The notes beneath the pieces were generated by a model. That model had not been told where the DNA came from and did no database searches. It worked only from the letters and a program-made list of their open reading frames with translations. From contig NC_087437.1 in NCBI RefSeq assembly GCF_036321535.1, positions 42,968,001 to 43,032,000 of the forward strand: 64,000 bases of DNA, in the 5' to 3' direction. This DNA comes from Camelus dromedarius. Taxonomy: Eukaryota. Position 1 is the stretch's first letter. Each line of letters opens with the position of its first letter. The translations under genes were made by a program, and so were the position numbers. Below, piece by piece: positions 13,481 to 26,303 of the stretch.

Positions 13481-13890
13481 AACTACGGTATTTTGCAGAG
13501 CACAACTCAGCATATGTTGATTAGTTGTTTATATATCAGTCTCCCATGGAAGATTATGAACTTCATAATGGTTAAATCTTTTGTTTATTCATCTTCATAC
13601 CTCCAACCCAGCCTTCAGTAGACTTTGGTGATAAATACTGCCGATTTGACAGGTATTGCCCTTCTTCAGACAGAGCAGATTACAAGAAGCATCTTGAAGT
13701 GACACAACCTAACACACAGGTGAAGTCTGCATTGGGGAGTCTTTAGCTCACAACTGCTTTTGTAATCTGTAATGAGCAAATAAGACTTCTATTTTTTTTT
13801 CTAGGAAAAAAAAAAACAAACAAGTGAAAGAATAAGCTCATCTCCAGGAAAAAAAAATAAATAAAAGCCCTTGTCATTTCAGCAACTTAC

Positions 13891-13960
13891 TGAAGGAAGA
13901 CATTACACTTTGGGATACTTCTGTTGGTCCAGGTCAACCTCAAGGCAATAAAGGCAATTT
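13891..13960 (-). pseudogene. Exon remnant 11 (70 nt, phase 1-2): IAFIALRLTWTNRSIPKCNVFL
   Basis: atttcccag| acceptor and ca|GTAAGT donor. Open frame. Phases fit exons 10 and 12. Confidence 0.45.
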
Positions 13961-14096
13961 CTGGGAAATGACTCTCATGTAGTGCAGGTGGCAGAAATGT
14001 GAAGGAGACAGACTACAAAGAAACACATCTGTTAAAACTTCACAGTAAGACAATAGTACTTCAGAATCAATTACTAAGGTCACAGTTTATCATAGA

Positions 14097-14543
14097 TGTA
14101 TTAACTAGGGCTGCTGTGACAGGCTGCTGTGACAAACTAGGTGGCTTAAACAACAGGAATTTATTGTTTCACAGTCCCAGAAGTCTGAAATCAAGGTGTC
14201 AGCAGGATTGATTCCTTCAGGGAGCTGTGAGGAAGAATCATGCTTCTCATCCAGTTTCTCGTGTTTTGCTGACAATCTTTGGTGTTCCTAGGCTTATAAA
14301 TGCATCACCCCTATCTCTGTCTTCATGTTCACATGGCATTTTCCTTGTGTGAGTGTCTGTGTTTAAAACTCCCCCGTTTATAAGGACACAAGTCATATTG
14401 GATTAGAAGCCCAACCTACTCTAACATGACTTCATCTTAATTATGTCTGCAAAGACCCTATTTCCAATTGAGGTCATGTTATGAGATATTGGGGGTTAGG
14501 ACTTCAAAATATAAATTTTGGAGGGGCATCATCAACCCATAAC
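14097..14543 (-). mobile_element. MLT1B/C-like MaLR solo LTR
   Basis: tgtatta..tagggctgc..ggtggcttaaacaacaggaatttatt ... caacccataaca (TG..CA ends). Confidence 0.88.
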
Positions 14544-15578
14544 AGAAAATTTTAGAGAATGTGTTTAAAATTTATTAAAGGCAGAATTTCAGTGTACATG
14601 ATTTTGTACTACTGTATGGCATTGTTTTTGATGCTGCTTTTTAAGTGCTAAGAGTAAACACATTGAATGTTTTTTCAACTTGTGTCTGTGCACTGGAGAA
14701 TTTCCTGTCTAAATAGATAGGTTTATGATTGCTTACAGATCATGAACCTGAACTTTGCTGAAGCAGGCAGGTTTGCAAATTTTAGCAGTATTGACATTCC
14801 AAGAAAGAAAGTAATGAATTCCAGCTTTCAGAAATTCACATCTGATTATTAATGCAGAAATGTTTGAGGTTAATATAAAACTCACGAGAAGTAAAATATT
14901 TAGAAGAACCATAGAGGTATCATAGAATTTAGTGACTTGAGGAACATGCAGTCCTTCTCTTAATAAAATATAATTATATCCGAAATAAAGAACACTGTTT
15001 TCTCAGTCCCTAAACACAGAGATTGAATGCTGGTTACATTACAATATAAGATAAATTTGAAAATGCTTAGCTTCTTAGTGTGCCCAGTGGTAGTATCTCT
15101 AAAAATTTGACCATAAACCTTAAAATTGTCTCTTTTTTTTCTTCTTCCTTTTTCCCCCCTTTTTTTTCCAACAAAGAAAAAAAAAAAACAACTCCCCTAT
15201 CTTCTCTATTATTTTACCCTTATTTGTAATGTCTTAGGAATGATTTTATTGTTTTACCTCCTTAAATCTTGACCTATTTGGAAAGTGTATATGTGAACCA
15301 TACAGGACATTATGTTCCTTGCCTAGAAAGGATATTTCAAGAGTAAAACTTGTGGTTAGGAATTATTAACCAGATAAAATAGAGACTAGCTTCATTTAGC
15401 AAATTGTATTTGAGTTAACCTTGAGGAACTCCCAGTATCTAGTGTTGTACCTTGGATAGAAGTTATTTATTAATATTGCCAATCCCTTTGGACTTACTAA
15501 AATTATCCTCTTCTCAGTATTTTGACTAAAAATTAATATTTTGCTGTTTTATTGTTATCAGTAAAGGAATAGTCTTAC

Positions 15579-15694
15579 CTGGAATGTGAACATATAAAAA
15601 AGTGTCGCAGGGACACTGGTTCTTAGAGGATTTAATTGCTGTGCCTGCAGTATCTTGTTCTTAGCATTTTTTTCGATGATCAACTTTAAAAAAC
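15579..15694 (-). pseudogene. Exon remnant 10 (116 nt), frame ambiguous: FFKVDHRKKC*EQDTAGTAIKSSKNQCPCDTFLYVHIP (phase-consistent) or the open FLKLIIEKNAKNKILQAQQLNPLRTSVPATLFYMFTFQ
   Basis: cctaac branch-like motif plus aacag| acceptor, and a strong cag|GTAAGA donor. Confidence 0.5.
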
Positions 15695-16225
15695 CTGTTA
15701 TTTACACAGTGTTAGGATATTTTTGTTCAACTCTAGAGTTTCTGACTCAGATAATACTGTGAGTTGTTTTTATCTGTCCTCTCAGGAATCTTTTGGCTTG
15801 GTGGGTCTCTCATCATGAATAATTAAACCGTGTTGGGTTGTAAATTCCATCAAGAACATAGTATCTCAGAGATCAGTATTTATTTCACGAAAGGCAGATA
15901 TACCGAGGAAGTAAATCTCCCAATTCTGTATAAAGCTTATTTTCAAGTGTGTGGTCTGAGAAATTTTTCATGTAATGAGACATCAAAACCCCTGATATCC
16001 ACAGAGTCAGCACACAACAGAAATCCATGAATGATCTATTATCCTTCTTTATATTACGACCTGTGAAACCTTTAAAAGCTGTCTCTATGTTTGTGAATTT
16101 AAGCTATTACAAAGTAAAAGAAATACGGAAAAGCTGTACTGATGATTACTGCAAATTGAGAATCTGTACTGTCCCAGCAAGAGTACCTGGGCTTCCTAGA
16201 ATAATGAAACAAAACTTCAAGGAAG

Positions 16226-16361
16226 ACATTGTTTTCTTTGTTCATTTTGAATATTGGCTACTGGATTAAAAGCAGAGATGAATCCCCTGCTGTGGAAATT
16301 GAGCTTTGGAATTCTATAAATGCTGATTTGCAGAAAAGATGTTTAGAATGAATTCAACTTT
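16226..16361 (+). repeat. Inverted repeat, arm A
   Basis: Reverse complement of 17548-17682, about 21 differences in 136 columns by hand alignment. Confidence 0.95.
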
Positions 16362-16699
16362 CTCTGCGTTGACCTTCGAGTATAGACCTTGAATTCCAGA
16401 AGGACAAAAATTACAAAGAGGAAGCTTTAGTGAAATAATTGCCACTTAAGGAGTCTGAACCTTGAGTACTGCTGCACTCGGATAGGGACACAACAAGGTC
16501 TCTTCCAGAAAACTCTCTCGCTCACCCCTCCCCTTCAGTTTCCCCACTTTCAATGGTCTGTTTGTAAATTGGAGTGTTATATAATAAAATACTGGATTTC
16601 TTACTGTGTTGGGCAGTAATCCTTAGTCTGCTTTAATGTTAGCATTCCCTTTTCAGTCCCCAAAGAAATATTCTTAAATCAGCTTCTCAGCATCTTTTT

Positions 16700-16950
16700 A
16701 CCGGTCAAGGGGACGCGCCTGCTGTGTGCGCAACAGCTGCCGTGATACTGGCAGGCTGATCACACAGCGCTCCCTTTAAGGAGGTGCAGAACTCTGAGGG
16801 TTAAGAATGGTGGTCTCTGCGGTAGTCTGGCTCAGGGCTGCCTCTCCGTTATACAGTTTCTTCTAGTAGCAGCAGAAAGGGCGCCACTGGTAGCCTCAAA
16901 CCTAGAACAAAGTAAAGAAAGTGAAATGTACTGTGAACCTCGGCCAGGTC
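16700..16950. promoter_or_regulatory. CpG-enriched unique patch, candidate alternative promoter or enhancer
   Basis: About 10 CpGs in 250 bp in an otherwise CpG-poor window. E-box cagctg and ccctttaagg motif. Not recognisably repeat-derived. Confidence 0.45.
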
Positions 16951-17547
16951 TCTAGTGAAGTTTAGAGTCCTGTGTATATTTTTTTCTCCTCCTCCTCTAT
17001 CACTTTCTTTCTTTGAAGTTTAGTTGTCTTCTTCGGAAGTCTTAAAACCACCCTCAGCTAGTATGAGATGGAATCTTTAGTACTTGATGAACGAATTACC
17101 TTTCTTCACTTGAAAACAAACAAAATAGACCTGGATCACTAGCTGATTGAATGAACTGTTTCTGGAATTTGTACGTAGGAAATATGCCATATATCCTGTG
17201 GAATGTTGCATCATCCTAAAAAATTTATTCCAATTTATTCCTTAAAAAAATCTGTATATCCATAGATACAGATATGTTCATATAGATATAGACATAGGTG
17301 ATACATATACATGCATACGTATATATATATAAATGCCTGCACGTAAAAATGTACAGCATTTGAATGACATGTTCTAAGTTATTTGTAAGAACAAGAAAAA
17401 CATGAGAACATCTTACACATATTTTAGAAGTTATTCTGACATAGTTTGATGTATATATGTATATGTATATGCAACCAAGGAAAAACAACCAAAGAAAATT
17501 GGGACATCAGTGTGTGTGTGTGTGTATGTATATATATGTATGTATAT

Positions 17548-17681
17548 AAAGTTGAATTCATTATAAACATCTTTTCTGCAAATCAGCATTTGTAGAACTT
17601 AAAAGCTTATTTTCCACAGTGGGGAATCCATCCCTACTTTTAACCCAGTGGCCAATTTCAAAATGAATAGAGAAAGATATG

Positions 17682-17682
<1 letters not shown>
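17548..17682 (-). repeat. Inverted repeat, arm A'
   Basis: Inner 42 nt match arm A at 41 positions (aaatgctgatttgcagaaaagatgttta[g/t]aatgaattcaacttt). Confidence 0.95.

Positions 17683-17684
<2 letters not shown>

Positions 17685-17759
<75 letters not shown>
17685..17759. repeat. (AC)n microsatellite, about 37 units
   Basis: Direct reading. Confidence 0.98.
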
Positions 17760-17765
<6 letters not shown>

Positions 17766-18287
17766 CCAATTGTCCCAATTTTCCTTGATTGCTTTAAAGA
17801 TAAAATATACATAGTATTTATTATATGACCTCATGAAATGGCAGAAGTTATGCAGAACAAGTTAATGTGTTTTCTGATATTTTTATATTATATGTAATCT
17901 AAAAATAGTTTTCACAGTATCTTAAGTACAGAATCAAACTTACTAAAATAAAGTTATACCCTGGCTAATAGATTTTCCAAAAATGAATAGAAAATAATGA
18001 TACTTTTGAAAACTAAGTAATTTAGACTTTCAAGTCACACCTCTGTAATTACTGAAATTTGTGAAAAATGCAATATAGTTGCAAAAGTTATATTATTGCA
18101 ATAACTTTGTTAGTGTAGTCAATGCTATTTATATATGTAAGAAGTTACATGCGCATAATGCTTTAAACTCTTTCTTAAATAAATTGTTCAGTTTTCTGAT
18201 TAATAAAAAGCCTTGTATGAGATAACCATAATCTCTGTGTGTACATATGTATTTATTACTTAGCATCTGCTTACTCAACTCTCTTAC

Positions 18288-18363
18288 CTGCCTTTAAATA
18301 TGCAGAGCTGTTTATCATTATTTTTATTGCCAAATTTCAAAAAAAGTTAGGAATTAGAAGCAA
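18288..18363 (-). pseudogene. Exon remnant 9 (76 nt, phase 1-2): ASNS*LFLKFGNKNNDKQLCIFKG
   Basis: gttctgcttttgatcag| acceptor and a strong cag|GTAAGA donor. One stop. Confidence 0.45.
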
Positions 18364-19399
18364 CTGATCAAAAGCAGAACATCTCATATTATATGCTATT
18401 TTTTGCTTACAAGTTTGACTGCATATTAAAATAAACTTTTGGCGAGTGAGTACTACATCTTATCCATCATTGAATCCCCATATCTTTACATGATGATTGA
18501 TAGATAGTGAGGATTTAACAAATAGTCGTAGAATGCATTAATGAATGATTGATTTACTTAATGAACAACAATTATTGCTGATCATTCTTCAAATGTATGT
18601 TTCATCTTTTCTGACCAAGCACATTACTCTGAGCAAGACTTATAAAATTTGGAAGTGATGTAAATGCCTTAATCTTTGCATTTGGAACAGTTTCTAAAAG
18701 AGACCAACTGCTCAGTGTTGTTAGAAATCAGTTAATTGGGTCCATTTATTAACTAAACAAGCACTGTGCTTTAAAAGAATTGATGTCCAGTCCAGCTAAT
18801 GGTATGAAAGGAAGGAAGGGAGTCATTTTCTTCTCTGAGAAATTAGTGAAGTCGGCACGGTGTTATGATATTTTATGACTGTAGTTCTCTGCCTCCAGTG
18901 TCTCATAAATATTGATTACTTGAGAGTAGAGTGAGATAAGTTGGAGAATTACCTAAGGAGAAGGCCAAGAAGAGAACAAAAACCCCATGTGGCCGGAAGA
19001 CATAATTCAACTCAGAAGCAAGCTGATGTCTCCCTTTGACCATCAGAGCGCAGCCTGAGCAGGGACTTTGTCCTCTAGAGATGGTAGTAAGGCTGCAAGT
19101 TGAAGATAGGTTTCCAGGAAGGTATTAGGAAAAAGTCAGTATTTTATAATAAGCTACATAAAAATGGTTTTTACTCTTTCAAACTGTATGTGGAAGAAAG
19201 GTTTGGATAAGCTTAATATTGTAGCTTTTAGGAGTTAAAACAATCATGTCAGATAACCACATACATAATTATAAATCTGTTTATCAACTCTTTGAAAATT
19301 GCTCTAAAAATTTGTGGGGTGTTTCTGGTATATGTGAGCCTGTTTGACATTGGATTGGGAGTTCCAGGAGGAATAAACAGACCAGGTAGGTCCCTAGAG

Positions 19400-20290
19400 G
19401 CGTGAGAATGTAGGAAGCAATTAGGGAACTGTGTAAGTAGCTGGCATAGGTTGTGAAGACGGAACTGATGCAGTAAGAAGGGCCTGAAGACTAAAGGTCC
19501 TTGTGTGCTAAAATAAAGAATCGGTGCCTTATTCATCATCAAAGTGGAGTGAAAAATTAGAGTTGTGTTTTAAAGAGTCATTCTGATGTCTTAGTGGAGG
19601 GTGAGTGGATGGGGTTTTACCACAGATAAAGAGACTATAATAGAATATTTCAGTATGCTGGAAGGGGTAGAAAATTTGTTTATTTGCATATAGAGGGTAG
19701 CGCTTATTATAAGTATTGATTATGGATTGATTATGAGTTGGAAAAAGAGGTAGGAACTAAGGTGTTCCTTGAATCTACTCTAGGAACCTGATATTGACTA
19801 ATGAAAGAGGGAAAGCAAAGAGAATGGAAGCATGGAAGCCAAAGAAAAGTAAGTTTCAAGAGGTTACTAATCAATGTCGTGTGTTGGAGATAGGAGAGTG
19901 AACATTGGATTTGGAGAGCAGTATGTAATTTTTAACTGTTGCATATTGCTTTTCAACAGAGTAAAAGGGGTTAAAACCAGTTGAGGAAGTGGATGAAACA
20001 AGTATAGACAGTTCTGTCAAGAAGCTTACTCGTGAAGGAAGGTAGAAAGAAAAGGTCAAGAGAGCAGGGTATGCCGTGAAAGATGTTTGTGTTTATTTGC
20101 AATGGAAAAAATACTTCATAGAAGGGCATGATTTGAAGACACAGAAGATGAAGGCTGTGATGGAATGATATGGTGAAGCAAACTTCCTAAGGTCATGGAG
20201 GGAAACCTTGGATAAGAGTGAGAATGAAGGAAGTAAGAAAATAAAGGAGAGAGGCAGAGAGGAAAGGGAAGTGGGAGGAGGTGGAATTGA
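19400..20290 (-). mobile_element. LINE-2 remnant
   Basis: Purine-rich. ggaagccaaagaaaag..gtttcaagagg; acaagtatagacagttctgtcaagaagct. Confidence 0.55.
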
Positions 20291-20299
20291 TACACATTT

Positions 20300-20780
20300 T
20301 AAAATACCAGCTCCAAATATCACAACTGAAAAAGGGGATTTATTGGCTCTCACACTTGTGTGGTTCAAGGTAGGAACTGGCTTCATAGAGCTAGATCCAG
20401 AGGATCCAAGTCATTGCAGCTGTGACAGGCATGGTCCTTCATGGTGCTGGCTTGGTTCTGTGCACAGGCTTTCACTGTGTCATTTGCTTGGTGGTCTCTG
20501 AGAGGTCCCGATTGCACTCTTCCCATTTTAGCAAACTCAAGGAAAAGACTCTTCTACTCCCAATGTTGGTGTATCAACCCAACCCATAGAGAAGTTCTCT
20601 GCTTGACCTTTCCTAGCCATGTGCCTGCCTCAGATCACAGATAAAAGTGGGAGTGGAGAAGATGGCTGGCAGCCCAGCCAAGACCACAGGGGATGGGAAC
20701 GCAATGGGGGAGGAGCTATCAAAATCGACTGGGACAGGGGAGAAATACCACCTGTCCTCAGCAAAGAAAAAAATTGATAT
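20300..20780 (-). mobile_element. Old MLT1-type LTR remnant
   Basis: aaaaggggatttattggctc..ggtaggaactggcttca motif. Confidence 0.55.
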
Positions 20781-21464
20781 GATTTGAGAAAGGTCTTAAG
20801 ACTGAGGGAGTAAACACACAATCATATTTATTTTAATTATTTTTGTGAAGTAGAAAGAAAGGTTATGAAAATGAAAAGGACTGGAATCAAGTAGGAGACT
20901 TGCAGACAGTGATGGATATTTGCAACTGTCATTGGGAGAACTGGAAAGGAATCTGACCAGGATATGTAAAGTGATGGACAAATTATAGAGTATTTTTTAT
21001 ATGAGACAGTTGAAAAGCTACTAGATTTGGTTCAGAGGGATTGGAGTGCTGTTACATATTGTTTGTATGAATTTAGGCAACTCTTTTTCTCTCACCCCCT
21101 AGTATTTTCTTTTTTCCATTTGTACAAATGAAACGTGCAAAGCATGTGAATCCCAGGGCTGGCCACATCTAGATATTGCATTATAGATTTGCATACTCAG
21201 AATCAGATAAATGACATTAAAGCGATATAGGAGACAATGCATGACTTGCTTCTTGGAAAAGAAATGAATAGTGGGTTTCCATTTGAAATTAATATCTAAC
21301 TTTCACTGAACAGAAAATGTAAAATAAACCAAAGTTCACTTTCCCTTCTACAGTTTTGAGATATTTTAAAAATGAACCTGTTATATTGGTGATACTCTGC
21401 ACACATACACTCAGATTTGAATACACCAATGGAGAATATAAGAATAATAGGCCCAAGATGTTAC

Positions 21465-21562
21465 CTGTGGGGACTGGATAGATACTAAGACAGATTTATG
21501 GCAGTTACTTTCCGTGTCTCATTACATAATTACCCAATCAAGGACATCAACAGGATTTTAGT
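21465..21562 (-). pseudogene. Exon remnant 8 (98 nt, phase 2-1), heavily decayed, ending ..ICLSIYPVPT
   Basis: tttaatcag| acceptor and cag|GTAACA donor. Four stops in this frame. Confidence 0.4.
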
Positions 21563-22229
21563 CTGATTAAATTGGTAGTAAATGTAGTAAATTTTCTAAT
21601 TTATCAATAGGAAGTCTCTGGATAATTTGGCTAGGTGATAGTTCTTGCTTTTTAATTATTCCACTTAATTAGTCAATCACTTATCTAGGTCTCTAAGCTC
21701 TTTCGATAAATGTCACTTGAATTTAGTAACTGTAGTCTTTGAAACTACCTAGACTGTGGACAAACTCCTAACTGTTTAGTTCATTTTAGTTCATTTGTTA
21801 ATCACAAGAGAAGTAAAATAAGAGCAGTTGGGTATTAAGTAATTAGTGTTTCATGAGCACAAGCTTGCGTGTGTGTGTGTATGTACACACAAGCCCTTAT
21901 ATTGTATTTATTGTATCAAGTGCTCTTCTAAGTACTTCACGTATATGAACTCATTGAAATCTTCACAGTCATACCTTGAGATAGATATTAGTGTTACTAT
22001 TATTAGTCTAGTGGTAGTATTCTGATGTTTCAGGTGAAATTGAGGCATAGAAGGCTGATGTTCAAACCAAGACACTCTTGCTCTAAAACACATGCTCCCA
22101 ATGATACAATAATTATGCTCTAAATATTTCCTATTTTAGAGAGGCTTTATGTACAAAATTTACTTTTTCCAGAATTGATAAAATGCAGTAGTGATTCGTA
22201 ACAACTAAAGAAATATTTGTAGTAACTGC

Positions 22230-23590
22230 TGTTTTAAAAATAACATCAATTTTTTTCCAACTACAACGTAATATGAATCATCATGGAAAACTTAAAAAAG
22301 AAGCTAAATGTTACACATAAACTGTCATGCAGAGCTACTAACTGTTACCAGTGTGGTCTGTTTTGTTCTTAGTAAGATATTCATTTTTTTTATTTTACAA
22401 AATTTGGATCAAATTTTAAATAAATTTTTATTTTTTGCCTATTTTGTTTAACATTTGATGAGGACTATGTGTATTCTTGAATTCCTACGTATTCTTCTAA
22501 TTAACTATGTTTTTGGATATAACATTTTCATATGGCTGTAGCATGATATATTAAGTAAGTCTTCTGTTGTTGGATACTTTGTGGATCCAGGTATTTTATT
22601 ATCTTCAATAATAACGTGATGATCATTGTTTTGCATTTTGAAAAAAATTTAAAAGTACCTACTTTGATGTTGAATTTGCTCAGCTAAAATATATGAAGAT
22701 TTTTAAAGCTCTTGGAAAGACACTCCCAAATTGCTCTCCAGGAACATTATTATGCCAGTTTACGTTCTCACCAGCAGAGTGTGAAAGTACAGATCTTATG
22801 ACACCCTAATTAGCATGAATATTTTCATTTAAAAAATTTTGGTGCTTTGATAAGTGACAAAATTACATTTCATTGATACTTTAATTTTCACCTCTGACAT
22901 TAATAAGATGAAACACTTTTATGTTTGTTAGTTTTTTTAATTTCCTTTATGAGTTGTTAATGTCTTTTATTGTTTATCTGTTTCTTATTAAACTACACGT
23001 AGTGATTCCAGACCGTCTCCACTCTCCCTAAATTGTCATCAGTCTTCCAGTTTTGTCTGTGGTAACATTTGATGATGTTTTCCTTGTACATAATCAAATC
23101 AAGTAGCCCTTTAAATGTTATTTTCAATCTGATGGCACATATAGAAACGTCTTCCTCACTCACAGATTATTCTAATCTGTATACATTTCTAGTGCTTTAA
23201 TGTTTTCATTTTTTACAATTAAATTTAATATACTTCAATTTCTCTTTTATATAGGGTGTGAGGAGAATCTCACATTTCTTTCCAAAGTACTTTTGAAATT
23301 ATTGATTTTCACACAATATAAATGTTTTGATGTACTTGCTTTTGTTTTTGGTTTGTTTTTTTTTCCCCCAGATGGAACTATCTATCTCTTTTGGTTTTGG
23401 TAATCTTTTATTTCCTAACCACATCCTCATCAAAATTTTTCTGGATATTTGTATAGGTTTTCCTTTCTAAGTAAATTATAGGAGTATTTTTCTATTATTT
23501 CCTCAAAATATTACATAGGAATTTCAATTTTTAAAAATTGTTAAATCCTTTGGTATTTTGAATGAGCAGTGTTGATTTTAATGTTTCTCT
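22230..23590 (-). mobile_element. Ancient L1 (L1ME-type)
   Basis: ccaaattgctctccagg..gccagtttacgttctcaccagcagagtgtga and a T-rich continuation. Confidence 0.7.
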
Positions 23591-24699
23591 TGGAGGTTAT
23601 TTTAGGTAGAGTGGTCAGGAAAGGTCACCCTTTTCTTCCTCTCTTCCCCCCATACCTTTTCTCTGGGAGTATTGCCAAGTCTGTCAGATAGATGATCCCT
23701 ATGGGGAGGGCTTAGCTGAGAGCCTTTCCAGGGAACCAGAGAATGAGGGGTTGTGGGTGACCATGGAGAATAGAGTGAGATCAAAGAACTCAAAGTCATT
23801 GAAAATCTGTTTTGCTCTACAGAGTAAATCCTCAGGTCAAGGCTTCACTCTTTGACCCTGAGGAGAAGCCACATTAGGAGGAAACATCTGATCGGGGCCC
23901 ATGAACGTATGACACAAAATCACATCTTTTATTTTCACTATTATCTAACTGGATTTTAGCGTTTGTTTAATGAGTGATACTCATAGTACACATCACAGAT
24001 GTTTTCAGTGGCAGCTCTCATCAATGTTTTTGTGCCACTTACAGCTAGAGATATCTCAAATATTCTATTTATTATTATTTTGAAATTACAGTAACTACTA
24101 GCCTTATAGCTATCATATTTAATGCTTTATTTTTTTAAAAGCACACATAGTACTATATCATAAATTTTAAAAACATTTTGATGGTTGAATTTCAATTTAA
24201 TTTCTTTTGTTTGTAATGCTATATTTTATTTGCTGTGTTCATTGATTTTTTTGATGAGACTTACAGGTTTCAGCAGACTATGAAAGGGGTTCATGGCACA
24301 CAAAAAGCTAGGAACATTAGATCGTGATTATCAGTCTAGAGGTTTGGGGAAAAGAAGTTGTGGATAAAAGACTTCATAAGGCATGTTAGTTCCCCTTCTG
24401 TTTTTCATCCTTCTGCATACACAGTGCTCTGTAGCACCCTGAGGTACTTCTTGGATACTGAAGTAGAACTCTGAGTCACTGCAGCTCTTAGAACAGGCAT
24501 TATTCGGCTCAAGGCAATGGCAGGAGGGAAGCAAGAGTATAATTCTAATTGTTGTTTACTACTTTATTCTGGCTGTCTCCTGCTTAAGATGCATACCTGA
24601 GCAAAGCAGTTCTCTTCACTTTTGGAGCTTCTGTTTTCTCAGTTTCTTTTCACGTAATCAGCTCTCACCTGGTTTATTCTATTACAACTAATTTGTGTA

Positions 24700-26000
24700 T
24701 TTCATTAATTTGTGTTCAAATATAATTTCTTTCCTTTGAATGATTTCAAATTAATATTTTTTAAAAATTCTAATGTTTTAAATTAGAAGTTTAGTCTGTT
24801 CTCTTTTAAACTTTGTTTTCTAATATATGCATTTAATCTTATGACTGTTCCTTCAAGTACTGCTGTAGGGGTATCCCAGAAGACATATGTAGTGTTCTCT
24901 ATCATTTCAGAGCTATATGACCTTACTAATTACCTTTATGATATCATTTTTGATCCATGAATTATTTAAAAGTATATTTATAAATTTTCAAGCCATGATA
25001 TGGGGATTTGGGTTTAAATTTTTGTTATTTTGTTCTATTTTGTTAAAGTGTGGTTTGTGTATCTTTCCTTTGGTGTTTGTTAAGATGTGTGATCAGTTTT
25101 TATAGATGTTCTGTGTGTGTTTGAGATAATATTAATTCACTAATTGTTCTGGCTAGCGTCTTGTACTTACTCATCAGGTATTATTTTCTGTCTTTTCTAA
25201 GTCCTTCATATCCTACTGTTGTTTTGTTGCCTGTCAAATATTAAGATATCTATGTTAAAATTGCCAAGTTAATTTTTTTTGTTGATTTCTCTGTAGAATT
25301 CACTCAAGATTTTTAATGTATTTTATAGCAATATTACTGGGAAGATACAGGTGAAATATTATTATGTCTTCCTAGTGAATTGTTCTGTTTATCACTAGGT
25401 AATTAGTCATTTTACCTCTAATATTTCTTTTTGTCACAAAATGTATTTTCTCTGAAGTCCATATAATTACACTAATTTTCCTTTCTGAGTATCTGCCTAA
25501 TTTCTTCTTTTTCATTATTTTCTTTTATACTTCCTCTCTTACTATGTTTTAGTTGTTTCTTTTTAAACAGTATGCAGCTGTCATTTTTAATACATTTAAA
25601 AGTTTATGTCTTATCTAAACTGATGAGTTTATTTCACGTATACTCATTGTGGTTATGAAACATTTTAATTTCTTCTTTTTCATCTTATTATGTGCTTCAT
25701 AAATACTAGTTTTTTGTTTTATTTTGTTACTTTTTGGGGGTGCTTTTTGTCTTTGTTTTTTGCTTTTGATTCTTCTTTCCTATCTTCTGTTTGATGAATT
25801 TTCTTTGTTCTATTTTGTGTTTTATATTCTATTTCTATTTTTCAGTATTCTATTTTTATATAAAATACATAAATAATAACAATATAGTATATATATAAAT
25901 TTTAAATGTTTTTACCTGACAAAATAGTGCTTAACGTTAAACAATTAATTTTAATCACTACCAGCTCACCATTTTATGGATTATTGTTTCAACCTTTTTT
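24700..26000 (-). mobile_element. Ancient L1 internal fragment
   Basis: Very T-rich. ttccttcaagtactgct..gtatcccagaa; gatccatgaattatttaaaagtatatt. Confidence 0.6.
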
Positions 26001-26103
26001 AGGATTTCAACTTGTTTGGGTACTTGTATGCTTCTTATGAGTCAATAAAGCAATATTTGAATGCAGAAAGGAATCAAAGTTATAAATGATAGCATTTTGT
26101 TAC

Positions 26104-26137
26104 CTCGGAATTTTCTGTAGATTTGGATGTTTTATAG
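26104..26137 (-). pseudogene. Possible small exon remnant 7 (34 nt): IKHPNLQKIP in phase 1-2
   Basis: cactaattttaaccttag| acceptor and gag|GTAACA donor. End phase fits exon 8 but start phase does not fit exon 6. Confidence 0.35.
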
Positions 26138-26303
26138 CTAAGGTTAAAATTAGTGTGCATATATATGGTTCATGTTTCTATTAAAATTATTAAATTTTAA
26201 AGAAATTAGTTTGTAGTAATGAATCAGTCATAATTACATAATAAGAAACATAATTGTCAAGGGAAGATATTTTTAAACATATTGGATCAAATTCATTGCA
26301 GTA

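Noticed and set aside
16866..16895. CTCF site at gcagaaagggcgccactggtagc
   Set aside because: Core spacing does not fit the consensus on either strand.
16226..17682. Inverted repeat as terminal inverted repeats of a DNA transposon
   Set aside because: No TSD, no transposase remnant, and identity is highest at the inner rather than outer ends.
17561..17812. CV-repeat ORFs here and at 12295 and 29875
   Set aside because: Translations of TG/CA microsatellites.
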